DNA of 64,000 nucleotides, filler included, from Sphacelaria rigidula (taxonomy: Eukaryota), in NCBI GenBank assembly GCA_964200075.2. It is 8 parts of 8 records of this genome, joined end to end, with 100 filler letters (N's around TTAATTAATTAA, not from the genome) between each part and the next. Parts side by side here need not be neighbours in the genome. Positions count along the whole stretch, not along the records: positions 48,093 to 56,006 come from CAXNAA020012988.1; positions 56,107 to 64,000 come from CAXNAA020013072.1; 6 more parts are not named here. The stretch is one strand, 5' to 3'. Positions 49,164 through 60,656 of the stretch are shown here, in pieces. The notes beneath the pieces are model-generated. The model did not search any database. It was not told where the DNA came from and saw nothing but the letters and a program-made list of their open reading frames with translations. Position numbers and translations under genes: made by a program. Within the stretch, counting starts at the first letter, position 1; each line of letters begins with the position of its first letter.

Positions 49164-52100
49164 CGATATGCGACACGATACTGTCACTATATGATTTACA
49201 TGGCGGCGGACACTCCACCGCAGTTGTATCGAGCATACGCGAAGCTCTTGACAGGAGAATGCAGGAGTCGGTAAGTGTGTCTGTTACAACGCCCACAGAT
49301 GCTCCGACAGTGATATCGGCACCCGCACTGCGATCACCGGCTTCCCAGTCCGTTAAAAATCGCGTTACAACGCCCGGCGCCGGCTCCGGCGCAGGCGAAG
49401 GTGATGGAAATCCTCATGAGCGAGGCGCAGGAGCGCCCATCTCTAGAGGAGAGGAGAGCACGGATCCACGAGATGCCAGAGCTCGGGATGAAGCTGGTAC
49501 TGGCTGGGAACAGCGAAAAGGGCAACAACTACCGCCGCGATCCCCGCAGCCCTCGCCGGTGGTGCCGCCACCGCCCCCGCCAAGACCGCTACCGTTGAGG
49601 TTACAGCAGCGGTCGGGCGCAGTAGAAGGGCCCACGGCATCTTCGCAGGAAACGCCACCACTACCGCCCGTTACATCGCCTGGCGCGGGCGCGGGCTCGG
49701 GCGCACGCGAAGGTGGTAGAAATCCTCATGAGGGGGGCGCAGCGACGCCTACCTTTGGAGAAGAGGAGAGCACGGATCCACAAGATGCCAGAGCACGGGA
49801 TGAAGCTGGTACTGGTTGGGAAGAGCGAAAAGAGCCGCAACAACAACAGCCGCGATCTGTGCAGCCCTCGCCGGTGGTGCCGCCACCGCCTCCGTCAAGA
49901 CCGTTACCGTTGGGGTTACAGCAGCAGTCGGGCGCAGTAGCAGGGCCCACGGCATCTTCGCAGGAAACGCCACCACTACCGCCCGTTACATCGTCGAGCG
50001 CGGGCGCGGGCTCGGGCGCAGGCGAAGGTGGTAGAAATCCTCATGAGGGAGGCGCAGCGACGCCTACCTCTGGAGAAGAGGAGAGAAGGGATCCACAAGA
50101 TGCCAGGGCACGGGATGAAGCTGGTACTGGCTGGGAAGAGCGAAAAGAGCCGCAACAACAACAGCCGCGATCTGTGCAGCCCCCGCCGGTGGTGCCGCCA
50201 CCGCCTCCGTCAAGACCGCTACCGTTGGGGTTACAGCAGCGGTCGGGTGCAGTAGCAGGGCCTACGGCATCTTCGCAGGAAACGCCACCACTACCACCCG
50301 TTACATCGCCGGGCTCGGGCGCGGGCTCGGGCGCAGGCGAAGGTGGTAGAAATCCTCATGAGCGAGGCGCAGCGACGCCTACCTCTGGAGAAGAGGAGAG
50401 CACGGATCCACAAGATGCCAGAGCACGGGATGAAGCTGGTACTGGTTGGGAAGAGCGAAAAGAGCCACAACAACAGCCGCGATCTCTGCAGCCCTCGCCG
50501 GTGGTGCCGCCTCCGCCCCCGTCAAGACCGCTACCGTTGAGGTTACAGCAGCGGTCGGGCGCAGTAGCAGGGCCCACGGCATCTTCGCAGGATTCGCCAC
50601 CACTACAGCCCGTTACCACGTCGAGCGCGGGCGCGGGCTCGGGTGCAGGTGAAGGTGGTGGAAATCCTCATGAGGGGGGCGCAGCGACGCCCATCTGGCG
50701 CAGCGACGCCTACTCTGAAGGAGAGGAGAGCACGGATCCACGAGATGCCAGAGCTCGGGATGAAGCTGGTACTGGCTGGGAACAGCGAAAAGAGCCGCAA
50801 CAACAACCGCCGCGATCCCCGCAGCCCTCGCCGGTGGTGCCGCCACCGCCTCCGTCAAGACCGCTACCGCTGGGGTTACAGCAGCGGTCGGGCGCAGTAG
50901 CGGGACCCGCGGCATCTTCGCAGGAAACGCCACCACTACCGCCCGTTACATCGCCTGGCGCGGGCGCGGGCTCGGGTGCAGGCGAAGGTGGTGGAAATCC
51001 TCATGAGGGAGGCGCAGCGACGCCTACTTCTGGAGAAGAGGAGAGCAGGGATCCACAAGATGCCAGAGCACGGGATGAAGCTGGTACTGGTTGGGAACAG
51101 CGGAAAGGACCGCAACAACAACAGCCGCGATCTGTGCAGCCCTCACCGGTGGTGCCGCCACCGCCTCCGTCAAGACCGCTACCGTTGAGGTTACAGCAGC
51201 GGTCGGGTGCAGCGGCAGGGCCCACGGCATCTTCGCAGGAAACGCCACCACTACCGCCCGTTACATCGCCGGGCTCGGGCGCTGGTTGGGGTGCAGGCGA
51301 AGGTGGTAGAAATCCTCATGAGCGAGGCGCAGCGACGCATATCTCTGGAGGAGAGAGCAGGGATCCACAAGATGCCAGAGCACGGGATGAAGCTGGTACT
51401 GGCTGGGGAGAGCGAAAAGGACCGCAACAACAACAGCCGCGATCTCTGCAGCCCTCGCCGGTGGTGCCGCCACCGCCTCCGTCAAGACCGCTACCGTTGA
51501 GGTTACAGCAGCAGTCGGGCGCAGTAGCAGGGCCTACAGCATCTTCGCAGGAAACGCCACCGTCACCGCCGTTGCTGCCACCGCGGCAGCTACCACCACA
51601 ACAGCAATTGTCCTCGGCCGTAGTGTCAAAAACGTCCCCACAGTCAACACCACAACTGCCACCGCCGCCACCTCCACCGTCACCGCCACCGCCACCGCCA
51701 CCGGGACTACCAACTACGTCTCCGTCGCGAGAGTTTAAGACAGCTTCTCAGCGACAACAATCGCCGCTACCACCATTACCAGGGGCAAGATTTCCACAGG
51801 AGCAACAACAACCTTCGGCGGAAGACGAACTTTCAGCGACTGCACCTTCACCTCCATCAACAACAGGTCAGCCGGAGGACTTTAGCACGAACATCACTGC
51901 TACCGTTACAACCACTGCCACCACTACAACGACCGTCACCACGAAATACACCACTGCTGTCCGTGTGCGGCCCAACCCTAGCACCTCATCCAGTAGAGCT
52001 GGTAACGGTATCAGCGACACTGTCGCCATCCGGCAGAAGCAGATTGGGCGCGTGCGAAATGTGCGAGCGCAGCAGCTCGCTGCTGTCAGGGCGGGAAACA

Positions 52101-52612
52101 TACACACGTTGTCGGCCGTTGCGCTATTTGGCGGCGGCGGCGCTCGCGCGCGATCGTCTCGACCAGCACATGCAGCAGACAAACCTGCGCCACGCGGCGT
52201 CCTGGTTTCTCGTCTCCATGTTGCCCCCGTCAGCACCTCCGCCACCGCTGCGGATATGCGCTCTGCTGCTGATATGAGCAGCAGGACGGCGGTTGATGCT
52301 GCTGTTGAACCTGATGGTTGTACTTCTCCCGATGGAAGTGGCTCGGACAACATCGGCTGCAGCCTCGCCAGTGCCAGCGGTACCGGCAGGTTCAATCTTC
52401 CGAGTAAGAACGGTTGTACTAATGGCGGTGGTGACGGCGTGGGATTCGAGAGAGTACATGTAACGGATCCTGGACCGACCACGAGTAGGAGCAATAAAAG
52501 AGAAAATGATTCGCCGTTATTTGGTCCGGCAACACGGAAAATAAAGATGGGCGACGTGAAACTAGTCGCTGCCTATAGCAGCGACGAAGAAATGCCCATC
52601 GGGGACAAGTAG
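49164..52612 (+). CDS. Large exon encoding a disordered Pro/Gln/Gly-rich protein with seven ~105-aa tandem repeats
   Basis: The 1117-aa ORF from 49259 stays open upstream to the CTCAG acceptor at 49163. About 350 non-repeat codons downstream are also stop-free. Confidence 0.7.
49364..51571 (+). repeat. Seven tandem coding repeats of 306-333 bp
   Basis: Unit starts at 49364, 49670, 49985, 50300, 50612, 50945 and 51260 (lengths 306, 315, 315, 312, 333, 315, ~312). Confidence 0.97.
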
Positions 52613-53624
52613 ACGGGCGACGAGTGGAAAGCGGAGTTTCTGTCTGGGGCGGAAGCGAAGAGTGGCAGGGAGTCGTCGTATTAACGGTGACGGGCAGCTT
52701 TGTAGCCAAATTTGTTCGTTTTAGTGTCATGATAGGTTTGGTCAGCGGTATAGCGTAGAGTATTTCGCGAGATGGGGTAGCCATGGGAGCTCCTGATGAT
52801 TAGTACCGTGGCGTGTTTGTTTGCGGGGTAACCGCTGGCTTGGAGTTCCCTACGTTCAGCGTATTGGGACACGTGGGTATAGATGTGGCACACTGTGGGC
52901 CGCCTGTAATACAGCAGATCCTCACAAAGTGATGTTGTCTGTCTCATATGCTGTCCATCAGTCCCGCCTCGAGCAGTACACACACATTGGCCCCAAACAG
53001 GATCTCGAAAGTGAGGTTCGACATCTAGGTGGGCGCCCCTTTATTTGGAGGATTCCTCAGGAATCGTACAGAGTGAGGGACCTTCCCACGGTTGAGACAA
53101 ATCACGATTCATACGAGTTGAGTCCTCATGACATGACAGGAATCAACCTATATTCAACTGTTGGTCCCGCATGCACCCGACGGTGACTAACATGTGCAAT
53201 GTAGTCATCTCAACCGCGTACAGATTGGGGGAATAGTTCGACTGATGCAAGGCCCATGTCATGAGAGGATTCAACGATGTGCCGACTCCTCGTCCCGCAC
53301 GGAGTCATACGCATGGCATATACGTACATGCCATTCACGCCTCATGGTAAGTGGGGTTCGTATGTGTCCATGATCTACCTCCTATGACCTGAAGGTAGGA
53401 AACAGGTACCGTTGACGGTGTACTGCACGACACAAGAGCTCAAAACGTGTATTCCAATTTTTAAAATTGGTTGTCTCAGGCCATTCCAGATTCGGCATTA
53501 GATTTCTGTGACAGAAAAACAAGCAGAACTTTTCAAAAACTGCTCAAAACGTGACCCCATTATATGGAGTACAGGGTATTACATGGAGCACAACACAATT
53601 CTGCAGTGGTATATGGAGTCCGGC

Positions 53625-54545
53625 ACATCATTTTTGGACCTACCCGCCCACAACAGAGCAGGCGGCATGCCACAGCGCGTACACCCACAACACAGCTCAT
53701 ACGCACACATACACTGACGAACCACCACTAGCTAGCTGCAAAAGCAACAGCAGCAGCAGTACTGTAGTACGGAGACCGCTGTTGAACTTGTCGCACATGC
53801 TTCACATGCCTAGCAGGAAACTGAATCATCACGTACTCTTGTGTGTTTAGATCAATTGTGTGCTCGGATCAAATGTTGGTGGTGAAGATGTATTTTATAT
53901 TCCGGGTGTGTTCGCCGTTCTCTCTCTGTCCTTCGCTGCGTTCATTGTGTTGGTGTGTTGGTGGTCGGGGATAATAGGAGCAGTCTTGAAAACCCTTCCG
54001 ATGGCGACATCAGCCAACCATCTGCTGTCGTCCTGATGGTAGAAGTTACTTGTGCTCACAGCACGGCTTTCAGAGCAGTAATGCCACCGTCCCGCTCAGT
54101 GCTATCTGTATAGCGCACGGTACTGTCTACTACTACTTCCTGTCCGTGGTTAGGGGCAATGCTACGCGGCACTCTCTGTACTAAATACTAAAAACAATTG
54201 ATCCAAGAACACAACAATTGATCTTAACACACAAGAGTGCGTACTTCAGTTGCCTGTATTGTCTCTGGAATATACCTTCACTGCAAACATTCGATCCGAG
54301 CACACAACAATTGATCTAAACACACGAGAGTAAGTGATGGTTCAGTCGCCTGCTAGGCGCGTGAAGCACGTGCGATAAGTTCAACGGCAGTTTTCGTACT
54401 ACAGCACTGCTGCTGCAGTTGCTTTTGCGGCTAGCTAGTGGTGGTTCGTCAGTGTATGTGTGCGTGTGAGCTGTGTTGTGGGTGTGCGTTCTGTGGTATG
54501 CCCTATGTGCCTGCTCTATCTCGGGTGGGTGGGTTCAAAAATGGT
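53625..54545. mobile_element. Foldback / Mutator-like non-autonomous element with long inverted arms
   Basis: ~53625-53878 is the diverged reverse complement of ~54286-54545 (e.g. CACATACACTGACGAACCACCACTAGCTAGC vs GCTAGCTAGTGGTGGTTCGTCAGTGTATGTG), around a ~400-bp spacer. Confidence 0.8.
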
Positions 54546-55851
54546 GTGCCGGCTCTGTTGTGCACGGGCGGATTCGAAAATGGTGTTGGTGGGACCGGTG
54601 GGTCTGCACAAATTCGATGTGGGACTGTTTCTAGACTGCTGGTAGAGTGACGCTACGGTATGGTTGCACTTTTTGATCAAAAATGTTTCTCGGGGTGTAG
54701 GACGGATCATTTTGAGAATCGGCATCATTTTCACTTGAAAAAGACTGAAAGTGATGCCGATTCACGAAAAGGCCCCTGTGTGCATTTCCATGTCCTTTCC
54801 CCGGAGATTTGGGTAGCACAGCAAGCCCTATATATTTGGGCTCCTACAAAAACGAGGCCCAGAAACAAAAAATGCAACCCCTATCTTAGCACTGCTCGGC
54901 AGGTTCTGGTTTTTGGCCAGCGCTGGCGTAAATATGGCCGGTGCTCTGTTCGGGGTAAAAACGACGGAGAAGGGTCGAAAAAGCACTTTCCAACAAGTTA
55001 TCTTTTTTGATAACCTGACCGTTTGTAATTGAAAATGAATTTTTGGCCAAGAACGAAACTGTGACCTACGGAAAACGCAAAGGTGCTCCGGAACGGTCTC
55101 AGCGAGTAGAACAAGTCTTTCCAATGTGTAAACATCCGCTGAGCCCTCATTTCGGGGCAAAAACGACGGAGAATGAGGGTGAAAAAAGCACTCTTCAACA
55201 AGCTCTTTTTTCCGATACATATGAAGTAGCCTAACAAAGAAAAGGGAATAGAGAAAGTTGGAAGCGCGATGCAAAGCAGAGCAATCTATAAATTTCATAT
55301 GATGTACGGCTCGTATGATTTATTCGTTGGGATGATGAACATGAGTTGAATCACGATTTTATTTGTCCTACCCGTAGAACTTTCACGGATGTTTGCAGAA
55401 GTGAACTCACCATGCGGTAGGGAAGAGACGTGGATGATGGCAGTGCAGGGAGGCTTTATTCTCTGCGCGCGCGCGCCCACCGACAGGCGTGCCTGCTGAA
55501 GGGCGAAAACATCGTCTTGTTCATGCTTGTACGGAAAGGCTGATCACACTACCTGAGACAAGAAAACCATCTGCAGCGATTTTCACTTCATGTTCGAAAG
55601 TGAGGACGTGAATTTGTGAGAAGAGCGCATCGAACATCAGCGATGCTCATGGATGCGTCGAACGACCTAAAACACTCGCGGTGCGCTTCTATTTGGGTAA
55701 AAGCGGTGTGAAACAGTATAAAAGAGCGGTATTTATCGGGAGCAAGCGCGTTCAAATAACTGTTGGCTGCTTTCAATGATGATTGAAGTGGAATTTTGTG
55801 GAGAAACACGGCTCAGAATTCCCCCCCCCCTCCCCCCTCCCCCCTCCCTAT

Positions 55852-56006
55852 CGCTCCGTCTCGGGAGGGATGCGTGGTCACTGGTCAAACGACTAAGGCA
55901 AGCAAGGAGTGAGGATGCCCCCCCCCCCTGTAATGTATGGAAGAAACGTAATGAGCTGCGGAAGAAACATGATGAGCGCCAGAATGTTGGAGGTGTCTCT
56001 ATAAGG
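55852..56006 (+). mobile_element. LINE 3'-end fragments related to 1100-1250
   Basis: Shares GCTCCGTCTCG...ATGCGTGGTCA.TG.TCAAACGACT.AGGCAAGCAA and GATGAGCGC.A.AATGT.GGAGGT.TCTC with the contig 1 copy. Confidence 0.7.
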
Positions 56007-56435
56007 NNNNNNNNNNNNNNNNNNNNNNNNNNNNNNNNNNNNNNNNNNNNTTAATTAATTAANNNNNNNNNNNNNNNNNNNNNNNNNNNNNNNNNNNNNN
56101 NNNNNNGGCCTTGTAGGGGTGCGAGGTCAATGGTCTTATGACTATGGCATGCATGATCATGAGTACATCCAGGTTGCCCTCGATTGTGCACGTGTTCACC
56201 TACATGTTGCGGTGTGGATCTATCACATCGTGGTGCAAACCTGAAAGGTTGACTCGTGAGAAATCTCACAAGGAGTAACCCATGAACTAATCCCAGGATA
56301 TGATGCCCCACAACTCAAATCTGTTCAAAGCTTGCTCTCTTTTGCCACCATCCCAGTCGCCTGAGTGAACACTCTGCTCCCTTTCATTTTTCGCATCGGG
56401 ATGGTGTTTTCCCCCTTTTTGCTTGCCGTGTCCAG

Positions 56436-56574
56436 GCCAAGGACATCCCCATCCCCGGCTTCCTCGGTGTTATCGTGGGTCTCGCCATTGGATGGGTCAT
56501 CTTCCGCGTAGGCAAGGAGGCCAGCCTGAAGAAGCTCTTGATTGCGTCCACTGTGCTGCTGCTCTTCATCGCCG
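56436..56574 (+). CDS. FTR1: FTR1/EfeU-family iron permease, internal exon
   Basis: TCCAG| acceptor and G|GTGAG donor. Peptide AKDIPIPGFLGVIVGLAIGWVIFRVGKEASLKKLLIASTVLLLFIA matches the TM5-TM6 pattern of Ftr1. Confidence 0.85.
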
Positions 56575-56742
56575 GTGAGATTTTGGGTTCGTGTGTGGGA
56601 AACCAACTACCCGCTCAATACCTTCCAGCATGCCTGATATCTGTCCGCAGATTTGTTTCTGTGATGTCCAGCTAACCTTCAAGTTTGCCTCCATATTTAC
56701 ACACGCGCGCCATTCCTCTGTCCAAACAAAAATTACGAACAG

Positions 56743-56828
56743 CTGGGCTGTTCACTCACGGGGTACACGAGCTGCAGGAGCTGTCAGTATTCGGAGCTTG
56801 GTCGCCTGCCGACGAGCGCAACCACATG
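56743..56828 (+). CDS. FTR1: FTR1/EfeU-family iron permease, internal exon
   Basis: AACAG| acceptor and ATG|GTGAG donor, phase 1 to 0. It completes the family motif IAAGLFTHGVHELQE. Confidence 0.88.
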
Positions 56829-57291
56829 GTGAGTTGAAAAAAAGACGACGGCAACTGTTGACCCTGCCCCTCACCCCATCACATGATTGTACTGCAAAAG
56901 AACCCAGTGATGTTTCCCGGAAGCGCTGACATCGTTGCGGCAAAAAATTAATTTCTGACCGATCTCGGCAATATCAGCTGTGTCCAGCGGAAGTACCTAA
57001 CAAAGCTTGAGTACTTTGCATGAATTCCGTTCAGAGTGTCTACGCGTGCGCTAGGAATACTGTGGGCATCCTCGGCATTCGCCGTTTTCTCGGCGTTTTC
57101 CCCTGGGTTTACTAACGAATACAGGAAATCTTTACTCACGAACGTCGAAATAGTGGGGATTTAATGTGCTTCTGTAGCAGAGATCATGAGCACACTTTCC
57201 CATCCATACCTGGGCGCTCAAGAGTGTTGATAATGTCGTTCTCCTCCGCTATTCTTCACTGTTGCCCGTTTCTCCGACCCGTGATAACCAG

Positions 57292-57464
57292 AACACAGCC
57301 TCATGGGACATTTGCGACCACGCGAGCCACGACACAAACGGGTTTTGGGCAATCATGCGGGCACTGGTGTATTACACCTGCAAGCCTACGCCGGTGGAGA
57401 TCATCGCGTACTTCTTGTACTGGATCGTGGCGCTGACGTTCCTGTCTTTCAAGCTGCACCTCCT
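57292..57464 (+). CDS. FTR1: FTR1/EfeU-family iron permease, exon with the last TM helix
   Basis: CCAG| acceptor and CT|GTGAG donor. Peptide NTASWDICDHASHDTNGFWAIMRALVYYTCKPTPVEIIAYFLYWIVAL matches the family pattern WD.......G.L.ALFGY...PT..E..AY..YW. Confidence 0.88.
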
Positions 57465-59003
57465 GTGAGTATTTTTTCCTCGAGTGTTTCGCACCAAAGT
57501 AGCTCATACCCTGCCCTCCACGAAGTGTTTTGGCACAGGTGTACTGGGTCGTTGTAGTTTGATTAGTGAAGTTTGATTAGTGAGTGAGATGTCAACTACA
57601 CTGGAATCTATATGGTCTCGTATCATGTACAGGCTCGTGCGCGCTTTTGACGAACTAACCAGCAAATCCCTTCCGCGTTTCCTACCGAATAGTCGTATGC
57701 ACGGTACCGATTATCCGAGCAGGACAACGCCATTAGGGTGGTGCTACGGGGGAAAACGTACCTCGATAAATCAGTGACATTCGAATTGAAGTTGATTGAG
57801 CATACGAATTTTCAGCCCACCCCGATTTGCGGTACAGAATGCCCCAACCTCGGGGATGAACTAAGTGCGCGCCCCGGGATAGTCCAAAGAATGGTTGCAC
57901 AGAGGTACGTCGCGTAACCAAAAGAAGGTTCTAGCTGGGCCAGCCGTACAAAATACAAACGCTCATCATACAACATCTCAAGAGTCCCGAATCAGCTCGA
58001 TTTGAGCATATTACTGTGAACTTCAAACCAACCTGGCCATGCACGCTCTGCCGCTTGAAACAAAATGTTTTGCGTAAAATTTGAGCTCAACGCCGGAACG
58101 AAAAAAAGGAGCATCTGTCGAGATTTGTAACGACCTCCACAGTTGGATGTTCCTCAATCACTTGGATTACGGGGGCGCAGCGGTGTCACACAAAACGTGT
58201 CTGGCTAGGCCCCATTTCAGTAGTTTTTGGCAAAATGTTGTAGCAGGATATCCTGCACGCAAGGACGTACAACACTTCTGGGGATGCGAATATTACTGAG
58301 TTACGAAATTCGTCCAGCTATTGCTGAAATGTTGAATCGCTTCACCTTTATGCTGCTGTTTTCATGGTAAATGTTGCTCGTGTTGATGAAAAGGGCGTGT
58401 CGAAATTTCAGCGCCTAACTCCTCAAATTATGCCCCGCCGGACGCGAAGAGATCCGAGAACCACTGTCAGCTAGCCCAGCTCCTAGTCAGAAGTTCGACC
58501 CGTCGAGCCAACTTCGACGCACGAAAACCCGAATATTCACGCCGATTCTTGGAGTTGAGCTCCAGAAAATTGCGCACATATACAATGGGAAGTTTTATAA
58601 TTTCGGAGGACGGTGTCTTCGTGTTTGAGGATTTGTCGGCTTTCTGGGGTTCTCATCACATTGTGTTGGGCCATTTCTCACGGTCGGGTATTCGGGAGGG
58701 ACGTGGTTTTCAGTATGAGGTGTTTGTTGCAGTTGTCGGCCCCCAACCAGGGAATACTTTGTCGTCATCGCATCTCTTGCACACTTCGTATCTCACCACC
58801 AAGAGTATTTTAGCCCACTGTTTCGAATCGCTTGGCGCTGAGGTTTCGAGAATCCTTCCCGGGCGAAATACTGCTGGGCATGAAGACAGTGAACATGATA
58901 CCGGTAAATCGAAAAACCGCTGCAGATTCAGTATTTTCATGTCCAGCCGCGAAGTTTGTCCAGGAATGGTTCTCGAAGCCTCGGAGCCAACCCCATCTGG
59001 AAA

Positions 59004-59190
59004 ATGGGCTTGACCACTCTCGAGGAGTTGATACAAAGCGTTCCGAGACATGTGATGGCAATATTTCCTGGTTAAGAGCCGCGAACCGTGTCGAATGTCC
59101 TGAAAGTTGGGGGAGATGGGCTAGACCACTCGAAGAGAGTTGATGCAAAGTGTTCCGAGACATGTGATGGCGCCATTTCCTGGTCGGGAG
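59004..59190. repeat. Short direct duplication inside the FTR1 intron
   Basis: ATGGGCT.GACCACTC...GAGTTGAT.CAAAG.GTTCCGAGACATGTGATGGC occurs at ~59004 and ~59116. Confidence 0.8.
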
Positions 59191-59471
59191 CAACAAACCG
59201 TTACAAATATTCTGGAGGTGGAAAATACGCCGCTGCTCCCCCCCAAACCCCCGTGAGAACCGGTCTTCCTCCCCATTTGTGCCAAGTTTCAGAGTAAATG
59301 CCATAGAAACCGGCGTGATCATTTGCGGATGAATGAATTTGGGATCGATATCATGAAGTAGCCCGTATCAACGAGGAAAGATATCATGTCCCACCGTTTA
59401 GTGCTGACGAGTAATGTTTTCAATCATGTTCCACTTATTCGTGAATATCAATGAACGAGCAGTTGCTTCAG

Positions 59472-59562
59472 CTACCGAGCGGCCAGGGAAGACGCCAAGT
59501 ACAATGCCAAGACCGCGGCCGAAGAGCAGAAGGACATGGAGGCCGCGGTGGTGCATTCTTGA
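59472..59562 (+). CDS. FTR1: FTR1-like gene, predicted terminal exon
   Basis: TTCAG| acceptor with phase 2 matching the previous donor. Reads YRAAREDAKYNAKTAAEEQKDMEAAVVHS* with GC3-rich codons like the other exons. Confidence 0.65.
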
Positions 59563-60656
59563 ACGATAACCTAGATGCATCCATGGCGGGCGACTTTTTT
59601 TTGGGAGGCGGGCTGCTGTGCTACACAAGTGCCTACAGTGTACGCTGGGTACCTGGACCTTGACTTTTTCGCTCAGCCTTGCTCGCCATGCGGCTTCTCT
59701 TGCTTCCCCCGTGCTCTCATGGGCGTCACCCTTACAGGTCATGTTGAATCCTAATTTTTTGTTCAGCGAGGGTGAAGGAGAAGATTTTGTATGGAAGCTG
59801 TTAATTGAGGGGAACGGCGGGGTGTGCATTTGGGTTGTTCAATTTTTTCCTGGTGTGGTGTATCAAATCCATTTAGCTACCATCATTCAGTCCGTCGGAA
59901 ACTTCCTCAGAGTAGGCGTCTCCCCCCATCCCTTTCCGTTCCTCGTTCCCCTGACCCTGGTTGACACCGGGATGCTGTCCGCACGACGGAGTGTTCAATT
60001 GCCGTTTGCCGTGCCCAGTGCAGATTTCGATAACCCTAAGGAGGTCCAATGGTGCTCAGCGTGCTATCCAAGAACTTATACGCGATTCTTGTCAGGCGTG
60101 TGAGCTTTCATTCGTCCTCTCTTCCACAAATGATTCATGGTTTCGGTGAAAAAACTTGTCATCAGTCCCGCATTCTTCTGTAGCGTGTGTTGTTGTTTGG
60201 GTCTGAAGCCACGTTTTGGTACATAGCTTGTGTACATGTGTGTAAAAGAAGTAAACGCGTTGTCTTGGCCGCTGTCAAAAACGTCACCCCTTTGATCGGC
60301 ACCAGATTTTTTATATGGTTCGACATGAGTCAAGTTCCCCGCCGTTCTTCTGGTATGTATATTTGGTTCTGCATGTCCGTATGTCGAGTGCGGGCGAAGC
60401 TTCTCTTCGATAGATACGTAGAAATAGAGCGTGGTTTCCTTAAATATATCTTGTTGTTCGGAGTGTTGCGGGCAAGCTTCTCTCAGGTTGAAGAAACGTG
60501 AGAGATGAGGCGGGTTATGCTTCACTCATCTAGTTCACGTTTTTAAGACGATATAATGTTTATATTGGCGCCGTGTGTTCCCCCAATTTTGGTCGTCTGG
60601 TTATTTTACTCGCTTTTCGCGTGTCGTATCAAGGTGTGACACTTAGGTCACGCTCC

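Noticed and set aside
49334-52494. Numerous short overlapping and antisense ORFs in the repeat region
   Set aside because: They are by-products of the GC-rich repeat. Only the frame starting at 49259 is open throughout.
17325-59562. NLR + repeat protein + iron permease as a gene cluster or system
   Set aside because: They lie on different, size-sorted contigs with no evidence of linkage.
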